This document shows, in pieces, positions 1-8,602 of a DNA stretch of 64,000 nt (positions within the stretch are counted from its first letter, which is position 1; the number at the start of each line of letters is the position of its first letter). The position numbers and the translations under genes were made by a program. This DNA comes from Gemmatimonadota bacterium (GTDB lineage: Bacteria; JBHIER01; G020348925). The notes beneath the pieces are model-generated. The model had not been told where the DNA came from. It searched no databases and was given only the letters and a program-made list of their open reading frames with translations. The DNA is taken from contig CP070758.1 in NCBI GenBank assembly GCA_020348925.1, positions 2,371,688 to 2,435,687 on the forward strand. The letters are read 5' to 3'.

Positions 1-2
1 TG

Positions 3-1139
3 CCCATCAAGGACGATGACATCGGATCCCTCGTCGATTTCGCCAAGAGTGAGGCCATCGGTCTGACGGTCGTCGGCCCGGAGCTGCCGCTCACTCTGGG
101 TATCGTCGATGCCTTTCACAAGGAGGGCTTGAAGATATTCGGCCCTTCGAAGGAAGCGGCCCAGATCGAGGGGAGTAAAGTTTTTTGTAAGAATATTCTC
201 TTCAAATACGGCATACCGACGGGTGCCGCTGAAATTTTCGATGACAGAGACGAAGCCGTTGCCTATGTCAAAGGTCAGGAGACGCCCATCGTGGTCAAGG
301 CCGATGGGTTGGCTGCGGGCAAAGGCGTCATTCTCGCGGATAGCCAGGAGGAGGCCCTGGCCGCAGTTGATCTGATCATGATCGAGCGCGCCTTCGGCGA
401 TGCCGGGGAGCGAATCTTGATCGAGGAGTGTTTGACAGGCCAGGAAGCTTCGATATTGGCTCTGACTGATGGGGAGACGATTGTCCCCCTGGTGCCGTCG
501 CAGGATCATAAGCGTGCCTATGATCACGATGCGGGGCCGAACACAGGGGGCATGGGCGCCTATGCACCTGTGCCTGCCATGAATGAGCGGTTGCTGAGAC
601 AGATCTACGATGACATATTGGAGCCCACAATTATGGGTTTGGCGGAGGAGGACATCACATACAGAGGTGTCCTCTACGCCGGCCTGATGCTGACCCCGGA
701 GGGACCGAAGGTCCTTGAGTTCAATTGCCGGTTCGGCGACCCGGAGACACAGGTCGTCTTGCCCCTGTATAAGGGCGACGTGGTCGAGGCGATGCTGGCC
801 GTGGAGGAGGGGCGGCTGGGTACGGTCGGGGTCGGCACGGATCGGGGTGCTGCCGTGTGCGTCGTGCTGGCCTCGGGCGGCTATCCCGGGTCGTACCGAA
901 AGGGAAAAGAGATCCGCGGTCTCGAGGCGCTGGATGGGCTGGATGATGTTGTCGCCTTTCATGCCGGCACAACAATGTCCGATGGCAAACTATGCACCGC
1001 TGGCGGTCGGGTCCTCGGTGTGACCGCTTTTGCGAACGATATTCAAAGAGCGATTGACCGCGTCTATGAGGCCGTTGACATCGTCACCTTCGATGGTATG
1101 CACTACCGGAAGGATATCGGTCGTCGGGCGTTGGGGTAA
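3..1139 (+). CDS. purD: Phosphoribosylamine--glycine ligase (5'-truncated by window edge)
   Basis: Frame is open from position 3 (…TVVGPELPL…). Motifs VVKADGLAAGKGV, QDHKR, GPNTGGMGAY, EFNCRFGDPETQ and GGRVL. Confidence 0.97.
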   Translation, partial: PIKDDDIGSLVDFAKSEAIGLTVVGPELPLTLGIVDAFHKEGLKIFGPSKEAAQIEGSKVFCKNILFKYGIPTGAAEIFDDRDEAVAYVKGQETPIVVKADGLAAGKGVILADSQEEALAAVDLIMIERAFGDAGERILIEECLTGQEASILALTDGETIVPLVPSQDHKRAYDHDAGPNTGGMGAYAPVPAMNERLLRQIYDDILEPTIMGLAEEDITYRGVLYAGLMLTPEGPKVLEFNCRFGDPETQVVLPLYKGDVVEAMLAVEEGRLGTVGVGTDRGAAVCVVLASGGYPGSYRKGKEIRGLEALDGLDDVVAFHAGTTMSDGKLCTAGGRVLGVTAFANDIQRAIDRVYEAVDIVTFDGMHYRKDIGRRALG

Positions 1140-1156
1140 AAATGAGAGTAAATCCG

Positions 1157-1254
1157 CATTGCGAGGAATCCCGCACTTCTGTACGGGATGAGGAAGCAAT
1201 CTTTCACCAATATTAGGAGAGGTTGCTTTACTTCACTGTGTGAGGTTCGCAATG
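1157..1254. repeat. REP-like nested palindromic element (CATTGCGAGG…GAAGCAATCT…GGTTGCTTT…TCGCAATG)
   Basis: Outer arms CATTGCGA/TCGCAATG. Inner hairpins ATCCCG/CGGGAT and AAGCAATCT/AGGTTGCTT. Lies between purD and purE. Confidence 0.7.
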
Positions 1255-1310
1255 AGGGGAGAGCGATTTAAGATGTGGACTGAATTGAAAAATTGAAGGA
1301 GAAAGCAATC

Positions 1311-1772
1311 ATGGCCAAACCAGTTGTAGGGATCATCATGGGCAGTGAATCGGACCGGGAGGTCATGAGTGAGGCGGCGAAGCTGCTCGATCACCTCGGA
1401 ATTTCCCACGAGACGGTGGTCTCATCGGCCCACAGAAACCCGGAGAAGACGAGGGCGTATGCCCAGTCGGCCGTGGGTCGCGGGCTGAAGGTCATCATAG
1501 CCGGAGCCGGGATGGCGGCCCATCTGGCCGGCGTCGTGGCGTCCGGAACGGAGTTGCCCGTTATCGGAGTGCCCCTGGCGGGTTCGGCCCTGAGCGGGGT
1601 CGATGCCCTGTACTCCATGGTCCAGATGCCGGCCGGCGTCCCGGTGGGAACCATGGCCATTGGCAGGGCCGGTGCCAAGAATGCGGCCCTCTTCGCTGCC
1701 CGGATGTTGGCCCTGACGGATGAAGAGGTAGCCCGTAAATTGAAACAGTTCAGGGAAGAGATGGCGAAATGA
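1311..1772 (+). CDS. purE: N5-CAIR mutase
   Basis: Motifs IIMGSESD, SAHRNP, IAGAGMAAHL, PVIGVP and SMVQMPAGVPV. RBS AAGGAG upstream of ATG 1311. Confidence 0.97.
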   Translation: MAKPVVGIIMGSESDREVMSEAAKLLDHLGISHETVVSSAHRNPEKTRAYAQSAVGRGLKVIIAGAGMAAHLAGVVASGTELPVIGVPLAGSALSGVDALYSMVQMPAGVPVGTMAIGRAGAKNAALFAARMLALTDEEVARKLKQFREEMAK

Positions 1773-2662
1773 GGTTGATGGGCTCTGATGGGGCCACCTG
1801 CACCAGAATCGGTCTGCTCGTCAACATTCTTTTGACAGTACTGAAGCTTGCGGCCGGGATCCTGGGCCGGAGCCAGGCCATGATCGCCGACGCCCTCCAT
1901 TCCTTCTCCGATGTGGTGGCCACAGGGGGAGTCTATATCGGTTTCAAAATCGCCGAGAGACCGGCGGACAGGAACCATCCCTTCGGCCACGGCAATGCTG
2001 ACACGCTGGCGGCTATTTTTGTGGCCATCATTCTGTTGCTCACCGGGATCTATATCGGCGGTCAGGCCTTTCATATCATAGTGCACGAAGCGTATGACGA
2101 GCCGACTTCAGTGGCCCTGTGGGCCGCGGTGCTCTCAATAGTGGTCAAGGAGCTCCTCTTCCGGTACACGCTGAAGGTGGGTCGCAGGTTGAACAGTCGG
2201 GCGATCGTGGCCAACGCGTACGACCACAGGTCCGATGCTTACTCATCCGTGGCGGCCTTCATCGGAATTGTCGGGGCGAAACTGGGCCTGATCCTGCTCG
2301 ATCCGATTGCCGGATTCGTCATCGCCGGATTGATCGTCCGGATGGCCTTTCATTTGATGAAGACAAACGTGAACATCCTGATGGACGGCATGCCTGAGGG
2401 AACCGTGGTGACCGAGGTTCTGGACACGGCCGGGCGTGTGGAGGGGGTGGTGGGCACCAGGGGCACGCGGATTCATCCGGTGGGGCCGGGAAACATCGTC
2501 GATATCAAGATCCTGGTCGATAGACATCTCTCTGTTGAGGAGGGGCATCGCATCGCCAGTCAGGTGAAGGAGGTCCTGATTGCGGAACACGGACACATTC
2601 GGGATGTCATCGTTCATGTTGAGCCTGATAACAGGACTGACACCTCAGAGGGGAGAGCATGA
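1769..2662 (+). CDS. Cation diffusion facilitator (FieF-like) transporter
   Basis: ADALHSFSD, HPFGHG and DHRSD motifs, about 6 TM helices, C-terminal HVEP dimerization domain. Confidence 0.92.
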   Translation: MRLMGSDGATCTRIGLLVNILLTVLKLAAGILGRSQAMIADALHSFSDVVATGGVYIGFKIAERPADRNHPFGHGNADTLAAIFVAIILLLTGIYIGGQAFHIIVHEAYDEPTSVALWAAVLSIVVKELLFRYTLKVGRRLNSRAIVANAYDHRSDAYSSVAAFIGIVGAKLGLILLDPIAGFVIAGLIVRMAFHLMKTNVNILMDGMPEGTVVTEVLDTAGRVEGVVGTRGTRIHPVGPGNIVDIKILVDRHLSVEEGHRIASQVKEVLIAEHGHIRDVIVHVEPDNRTDTSEGRA

Positions 2663-3291
2663 GAGAGCCGATGCGCGTGCTCAAAATTTCACAGGAGCAT
2701 CCGGAAATGACGGAGGCGGCCGAGGTGATTCGGAGTGGCGGCGTCATCGCCTTTCCCACGGATACCCTGTATGGCCTGGGGGCGAGCATTCGTCACAGGG
2801 ACGCCTTGGAGCGAGTTTATGAGATCAAAGGCAGGGACCCTGGGCATCCGATCCTGTTGCTCGCACCTGACGTTGATTCGTTGTCGCCCTTGGTTGCGGG
2901 AATTTCTGAAGCGGCCCGACGTCTCATCGACGGGTTTTGGCCCGGTCCGCTCACGCTTGTTTTTGAAGCGTCGAAAGAGATACCGGAGATATGTCTGGGT
3001 GGTGGATCCACCATAGGCATACGCGTGCCGGACTCTCCGATTGCGGAAGCCCTCTTGCAAGCGGTTAAAGTGCCGGTGACAGCAACGAGCGCCAACCTTT
3101 CGGGTGGACCGCAGCCGACCTCCGCCCAAATCGTGGCCGAGAGCATCGGGGACCGGATCGATCTCCTTGTCGATGGGGGACCGTGCCAGGACCCCAGGCC
3201 GTCGACACTTGTTGATGTGAGCGGTGACAGGCCGAGGATTTTGAGGGAGGGCCGAATCTCCTACGAAACATTGCGGCCTTTTCTCAGTTGA
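2659..3291 (+). CDS. tsaC: L-threonylcarbamoyladenylate synthase (short Sua5/YrdC form)
   Basis: Motifs FPTDTLYGL, KGR, FWPGPLTLV, IGIRVP, ATSANLSG and PST…REG. Confidence 0.93.
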   Translation: MREPMRVLKISQEHPEMTEAAEVIRSGGVIAFPTDTLYGLGASIRHRDALERVYEIKGRDPGHPILLLAPDVDSLSPLVAGISEAARRLIDGFWPGPLTLVFEASKEIPEICLGGGSTIGIRVPDSPIAEALLQAVKVPVTATSANLSGGPQPTSAQIVAESIGDRIDLLVDGGPCQDPRPSTLVDVSGDRPRILREGRISYETLRPFLS

Positions 3292-3301
3292 AAATGTTGA
3301 G

Positions 3302-3829
3302 ATGCGAACGGAGAAATCAAAGAGAAAAAAGGGACCGTTGACGGTTCTTTTTGTGTGCACGGCGAACATGTGCCGCAGCCCCATGGCTGAGGGTATTTTG
3401 AAGCAGGTTATCGCGGAGAATGAATTGGGGGACAAGGTGGATGTCGTATCCGCCGGTGTGTTTGCCATCGACGGTGAGACCGCGACATCCTACGCCCGGG
3501 AGGTCAGCGCGGAGGCGGGGATAGACATTTCGGGCCACCGGTCTCAGCCCGTGACAAAGGGGCTGCTTCGAAAATCGGATCTGGTGCTGGTGATGACCCC
3601 CTCGCACAAGAGACAGATAGAGGAAATGAGCCGCGCTTCCGGTGAAAAGACCTTTCTTCTCGGTGAGTACGGTCGGAAAGGAGAGCCGACATCGGACGTG
3701 TCCATCGGCGATCCGTACGGCGGATCCAAGGAAACCTACGAGGTCTGTTTTCTCAGAATCAGGAGAGAGATCGAGCGGATCCTACCTGAGATTAAGAGAT
3801 TAGCCAAGAAAAACATAGAGACGTCATGA
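3302..3829 (+). CDS. Low-molecular-weight protein tyrosine/arginine phosphatase (YwlE-like)
   Basis: P-loop VCTANMCRSPMAE and DPYGG. Follows tsaC, as in ywlC-ywlE loci. Confidence 0.9.
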   Translation: MRTEKSKRKKGPLTVLFVCTANMCRSPMAEGILKQVIAENELGDKVDVVSAGVFAIDGETATSYAREVSAEAGIDISGHRSQPVTKGLLRKSDLVLVMTPSHKRQIEEMSRASGEKTFLLGEYGRKGEPTSDVSIGDPYGGSKETYEVCFLRIRREIERILPEIKRLAKKNIETS

Positions 3830-3896
3830 TTGGTTTGAAGGGAAGAGGTGTGAGAGGAATCTCTCGAAAACGAATACGCAACGACGAGGAGTGACG

Positions 3897-4418
3897 ATGG
3901 ATTTCTTCGGACTCATTCAGGTATATACGGGTGACGGCAAGGGGAAGACGACGGCCGCCATCGGGCAGGCCGTTCGAGCCGTGGGACAGGGGGCCCGGGT
4001 CGTTATGATTCAGTTCATGAAGGGCCGTGAATACGGCGAGTTAAAAGCTCTTGAGAAGGTGGACAATTTTGAAATCCACCAGTTTGGCCGGGACGAATTT
4101 GTCGATAAGGCGAACCCCGAGCAGAGGGACATCGATTACGCGCAGAAAGGGCTGGAAAAGGCCAGGGAAATCCTTGAGCATGGTGGCTGCGATCTCCTCA
4201 TCCTCGATGAAATCAATGTGGCCGTAGATTTCAATCTTCTCAAAATTGAAGATGTTCTCGAACTCATCGTTCACAAGCCGAAACAGGTGGAAATGATCCT
4301 GACAGGACGAAACGCTCCTCAGGAGTTTGAAAAAGTGGCCCATCTTGTCACCGAGATGAGGGAGATAAAACACCCGTATCAGCAGGGGATCGAAATGAGG
4401 AAGGGGATCGACTATTGA
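3897..4418 (+). CDS. cobO: Cob(I)alamin adenosyltransferase (CobO/BtuR family)
   Basis: Motifs VYTGDGKGKTTAA, IQFMKG, LILDEI, LTGR and KHPY…GIDY. Confidence 0.92.
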   Translation: MDFFGLIQVYTGDGKGKTTAAIGQAVRAVGQGARVVMIQFMKGREYGELKALEKVDNFEIHQFGRDEFVDKANPEQRDIDYAQKGLEKAREILEHGGCDLLILDEINVAVDFNLLKIEDVLELIVHKPKQVEMILTGRNAPQEFEKVAHLVTEMREIKHPYQQGIEMRKGIDY

Positions 4419-5311
4419 TGAGGGCTCTTCCTCTGTTCATCGCGGTTTTGCACGCAGGGATTTTTGCGCCTCCAGTGGGTCATCGGCCCGGGGCGGGGTC
4501 TTACGCCTCAGAACCTCAGCTCCCCTGCACCTCTGCCCCCTCGCACCTCAGTTTTCCGGTCTCCCTTTCTCCCGGCGTCCCGGACAGTTCTGATTCTCTC
4601 TCCTCGCTGCAGGGGACGGGGGTGTCTCTGAGAAGCATGCCGAACAAGGCCTTCGGTGTCGGCGAACGCTTGATCTTTTCCGTCGAGTATGGCCCGGTGA
4701 AGGCCGGACAGGCTGTCATGGAGGTCTCTGAGGTCACCGAGATCAATGGACGGAGATGCTATCATATCATCTCGGAAGCTGAGACGAGCGAGCTTTTCTC
4801 GAACTTCTTTGAGGTGAAGGATCGGGTTGAGTCATACATGGATGTGGAGGGTCTGTTTCCCTGGCGGTTCGAGAAACATCTGCGGGAGGGCAGTTACCGG
4901 TCCGATATGCGGGTCGAGTACGATCAGATCAATCACAGGGCCATTACTGACAAGGATACGATGGACGTCCCCCCCTTTGTCCAGGACATTCTCTCCGGTT
5001 TCTATTACGGCCGTGCTCAGAAATTGAAGAGAGGGAAATCGATCTTCATCGACCATCATTCCGGGAGGAAGTTGTATCCCCTGGAGGTGAAAGTACTGAA
5101 GAAAGAGCGGATCAAGGTTCCGGCAGGCGTTTTTAAATGTATCGTTATTGAACCGGTGCTCAAGGCGGTCGGCATCTTCAAACACACGGGAAGATTGCGG
5201 GTGTGGCTGACGGATGACCGGAGGAGGATGCCGGTCTTGATGAAGAGCAAGATGATTATTGGCTCCGTTGTGGCCAAGCTGATTGAGTACGATTTAGGAG
5301 AGGAGAACTGA
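4418..5311 (+). CDS. Secreted DUF3108-like protein
   Basis: Signal-like N-terminus, GERLIFSVEYG, KVPAGVFKC and WLTDD..MPV pattern typical of DUF3108. Confidence 0.7.
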   Translation: MRALPLFIAVLHAGIFAPPVGHRPGAGSYASEPQLPCTSAPSHLSFPVSLSPGVPDSSDSLSSLQGTGVSLRSMPNKAFGVGERLIFSVEYGPVKAGQAVMEVSEVTEINGRRCYHIISEAETSELFSNFFEVKDRVESYMDVEGLFPWRFEKHLREGSYRSDMRVEYDQINHRAITDKDTMDVPPFVQDILSGFYYGRAQKLKRGKSIFIDHHSGRKLYPLEVKVLKKERIKVPAGVFKCIVIEPVLKAVGIFKHTGRLRVWLTDDRRRMPVLMKSKMIIGSVVAKLIEYDLGEEN

Positions 5312-6276
5312 TGTCACAATACGAAGAGATCGATGTGAGCAAGACGAAGACGTATCCTATCAAAGAGAGAAAGAACAAGGTTGGCCTCGAGGATTTTGCC
5401 AAGGTGTGTCAGGCCGACGCGTCGGTTGGTGTATGGCTCTCGTCCTTGCCCCGTATTTTAGCCGGTGAGGATCTGAGGGCCGTCATTGCTGCCGTTGTTC
5501 GTGCGAAAGAGAGAGGAAAGCCTGTCATTTTTATGATGGGTTCGCACGTCATCAAGTGCGGGCTTTCGCCAATAATCATTGATTTGCTCGAGCGGGGGAT
5601 TCTTACGGCCGTTGCCATGAACGGTTCCGGCGCCATCCATGATTTCGAGATCGGAATGTGGGGCGCCACGTCCGAGGACGTGTCCGAAAATATTGAGAAC
5701 GGTACATTCGGCATGGCAGAGGAGACGGGCTCGCTCATCAACGAGATTGTTGCATCGGCAGCCAGAGAAGGGCTGGGATTCGGCGAGGCTGTTGGAAAGT
5801 ACCTTTCAGACAACGCAGCGCCGCACTGCGACGTCAGTCTGCTTGCCTCGTGCTATCGTCTGGAAGTTCCGGTGACGGTTCATGTCGCCATCGGCACGGA
5901 TATTATTCATCAGCATCCGAAAACCGATGGTGCTGCCGTAGGGGAGACCACGTACCGGGATTTTAAAATATTGACAAGAGTCGTATCCGAGCTGGGTGAG
6001 GGGGGTGTGATCCTCAATGTCGGTTCGGCCGTTGTTTTGCCTGAGGTCTTTCTCAAGGCTTTCAACCTGGCTCGAAATGTGGGTCATCCTGTCAAGAATT
6101 TTACGACGGCAAATTTCGACATGATCCAGCATTACAGACCCAGGGTCAATGTCGTGCAGCGGCCCACACAGAGCAGCGGGCAGGGCTACGCCCTGACCGG
6201 CCATCACGAGATTATGATACCTTTACTGGCAATTGGGATTAAAAGTGAGTTGAGTAAACTTGACAGTGAAACGTAG
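5311..6276 (+). CDS. Conserved hypothetical protein, possibly deoxyhypusine-synthase-like fold
   Basis: 321-aa ORF with MGSHVIKCG, AMNGSGAIHDFE, HVAIGTDIIH, GSAVVLPEVFLKA and GHHEIM. Translationally coupled to the upstream gene. Confidence 0.6.
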   Translation: MSQYEEIDVSKTKTYPIKERKNKVGLEDFAKVCQADASVGVWLSSLPRILAGEDLRAVIAAVVRAKERGKPVIFMMGSHVIKCGLSPIIIDLLERGILTAVAMNGSGAIHDFEIGMWGATSEDVSENIENGTFGMAEETGSLINEIVASAAREGLGFGEAVGKYLSDNAAPHCDVSLLASCYRLEVPVTVHVAIGTDIIHQHPKTDGAAVGETTYRDFKILTRVVSELGEGGVILNVGSAVVLPEVFLKAFNLARNVGHPVKNFTTANFDMIQHYRPRVNVVQRPTQSSGQGYALTGHHEIMIPLLAIGIKSELSKLDSET

Positions 6277-6297
6277 TACCACGAGAGATTTGCAAGT

Positions 6298-7335
6298 ATG
6301 AATACTGAAGAGAAGATTACATCTCGGGAAAAACTGAAGAAGATTATAGAAATCCTTCGAAAAGAGGGAAAGAAGATCGGGTTCACCTGCGGAGCCTTTG
6401 ATCTACTCCATGCCGGTCACGTCCAGTACCTGGAAGAGGCGAAGGAAATATGTGACGTTCTTGTCGTGGCCGTCAATACGGACGAGTCGGTTCATATGTA
6501 CAAGGGAGTGAAGCGACCGATCAATCCCGAGCAGGAGCGCATGCGATTGGTGGCCGGGCTCGAGGCAGTGGATTATGTCACGCCCCTTACCGAAAGACGG
6601 CCGCGGGACCTCATAGCCCTGCTCCAACCCGACTACTATTTCAAGGGGGGAGATTACGCCGCGGACGAGTTGCAGTCCAAGGATATCCTCGGAGAATGGG
6701 GCGGTGAAGCCGTCATTCTTCCCCTAACACAGGGGCGATCGACCAGCACCATCATTGACCGTATTGTGCAGCTGGAGCTGACGGAATGCATGCCGCAGGA
6801 ACAAACCGTTCAAAAAGCGGTCTTTCTCGACAGGGACGGGACGATCAACAAAGAAATCCCCTTCCTCCACGAACCTGGGAAGTTTCAACTTCTTCCCAAT
6901 GCCGCCACTGGTTTAAAAAAGATCCAGGATTTGGGGTACCGGCTTATTATCGTGACGAACCAGCAGGGCATCGGACTGGGATATTTTCCAGTGGAGGATT
7001 TCTTCCAGGTCAACAGCGCCATGTTCAGAGCACTCGCCCTACACTCCGTCGTGATCTCGAAAATCTACTTCTGCCCTCACAGCGCGGCCGACGAGTGCGA
7101 CTGCCGCAAGCCTGGCATCGGGTTGATCAAAAAGGCGGAAAAGGATTTGAACCTGGATTTGAATCGATGCTATTTCATCGGGGATAAGCCGGAGGATGTC
7201 GAGGCCGGTCATAAAGCCGGCTGTAAAACGATTCTTATTCGATCAAAAACTGAAACGGACACTTCTGTGCAGCCCACGTTCACAGTGACTGATCTGCTTG
7301 AGGCTGCCGAGATTATCTCTAAGGAAACAGAGTAA
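6298..7335 (+). CDS. Fusion of heptose-1-phosphate adenylyltransferase (RfaE domain II) and heptose-1,7-bisphosphate phosphatase (GmhB)
   Basis: N-terminal GAFDLLHAGH…KGGDY…STS. C-terminal HAD motifs FLDRDGTIN, VTNQ, CPH…CDCRKP and IGD. Confidence 0.88.
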   Translation: MNTEEKITSREKLKKIIEILRKEGKKIGFTCGAFDLLHAGHVQYLEEAKEICDVLVVAVNTDESVHMYKGVKRPINPEQERMRLVAGLEAVDYVTPLTERRPRDLIALLQPDYYFKGGDYAADELQSKDILGEWGGEAVILPLTQGRSTSTIIDRIVQLELTECMPQEQTVQKAVFLDRDGTINKEIPFLHEPGKFQLLPNAATGLKKIQDLGYRLIIVTNQQGIGLGYFPVEDFFQVNSAMFRALALHSVVISKIYFCPHSAADECDCRKPGIGLIKKAEKDLNLDLNRCYFIGDKPEDVEAGHKAGCKTILIRSKTETDTSVQPTFTVTDLLEAAEIISKETE

Positions 7336-7356
7336 CAGGGCTCTGCCTCACATGAC

Positions 7357-7839
7357 CTACATTTCAAGCTTCCGACACGCCTCGATGATTTTCGTCGTTG
7401 AATAATCACACACCAGATCCAACATCACCAACTGCCCACCGTACATTTCGACTGCGTTCTTCTCCTCTTCCACCCGCTCCTGAAAAAAGGTGCCTCCCTT
7501 GACATGAAAATCCGGTTTGAGGGTTTGGAGAATATTGAGCGGTGTCGCCTCATCGAAGATCGTGACGTAGTCGACCCAGCGCAATGCGCAGAGCATGGTG
7601 GCCCGTTCGGCTTGCGTGAATATCGGCCTCTGTGGTCCCTTGAGTTTTCTGACCGAGGCATCGCTGTTGATGGCCACAATGAGAATGTCGCCCATACCTT
7701 TGGCCTCTCGAAGGGTCGCCACATGGCCGGGGTGAAGCAGGTCGTATGTACCGTTGGTGGTGACGATCTGTTTGCCCTCATCTCTCAGCTCGGTGCAGAT
7801 ATGGATCAACTCCTCAAATGATTTCAGACAATGTGTCAT
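7357..7839 (-). CDS. Stand-alone RfaE domain II-type adenylyl/cytidylyltransferase
   Basis: Motifs NGTYDLLHPGH, INSDASVRKLKGPQRP, KPDFHVKGG and YSTT. Confidence 0.88.
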   Translation of the reverse strand: MTHCLKSFEELIHICTELRDEGKQIVTTNGTYDLLHPGHVATLREAKGMGDILIVAINSDASVRKLKGPQRPIFTQAERATMLCALRWVDYVTIFDEATPLNILQTLKPDFHVKGGTFFQERVEEEKNAVEMYGGQLVMLDLVCDYSTTKIIEACRKLEM

Positions 7840-7949
7840 AAGTCCCCTTCCCTTTCAACTCAAGATGCATTTTTATCAATTTAGGACTGTCCAGAGAACC
7901 TGTCAATCTTTTTTAACGAGAAAAAATGTGAGGAGGCTGCATAAAAAGC

Positions 7950-7978
7950 TTGCCTTTTCGGTAGAATTGCCATAAAAT
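7950..7978 (+). promoter_or_regulatory. Putative sigma70 promoter of the SPOR gene
   Basis: TTGCCT-N17-TAAAAT in an AT-rich intergenic region. Confidence 0.45.
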
Positions 7979-8020
7979 ATATATTTACCTGTCATAAGGA
8001 AATAAAAAGGAGAACCGGTT

Positions 8021-8551
8021 ATGCAGAAAGCCACAACAGTTACCATTATACTTATCCTGTTTGCGTTCATGATCATGAATTGGGGGTGCGCCTTTGCCCC
8101 GACGTCGCGGTTTCGACCTCAGGAGAAAGATACGAAGGAAGAGACGGAAGAAGTGGAGCAGGTCGAGGAGTTCGATCCCCTTACACTGGATGAGGATGGG
8201 ACGGCAGTGCCTGAGGTTGAGGAACCGCGAGAACCGACGGTTCAGCAGGGGGAGACGACGCCTGAGACGGGCCCCGATACCCTGAGAGCGGAGGATTTCG
8301 AACAGTTGCAGGGATACCGGGTTCAGATTTTCCTCTCGTCCAACCTGGAGAATGCCCAGAAGATCATGGGGGAAACCGGAGAGATATTCAGTGAACCGGC
8401 CTACCTGAAATACGACGCCCCCTACTACAAAGTCCGGGTCGGTGATTGTCTCACGCGACGTGAGGCGGATCTGCTGCGGGAGAAGGCCATCCGCCACGGG
8501 TACAAAGATGCCTGGGTGGTCCGAACTCTGGTCAACGTGCCGAAATACTAA
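8021..8551 (+). CDS. SPOR-domain lipoprotein
   Basis: Hydrophobic N-terminus ending WGC (lipobox-like), acidic linker, C-terminal GYRVQI…YYKVRVGD…GYKDAWVV. RBS AAGGAG. Confidence 0.85.
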   Translation: MQKATTVTIILILFAFMIMNWGCAFAPTSRFRPQEKDTKEETEEVEQVEEFDPLTLDEDGTAVPEVEEPREPTVQQGETTPETGPDTLRAEDFEQLQGYRVQIFLSSNLENAQKIMGETGEIFSEPAYLKYDAPYYKVRVGDCLTRREADLLREKAIRHGYKDAWVVRTLVNVPKY

Positions 8552-8602
8552 GATTGTTGTGTTCAATTGATCCACCGTTTTCTGTCAGGGAAAGGTCGAC
8601 AT

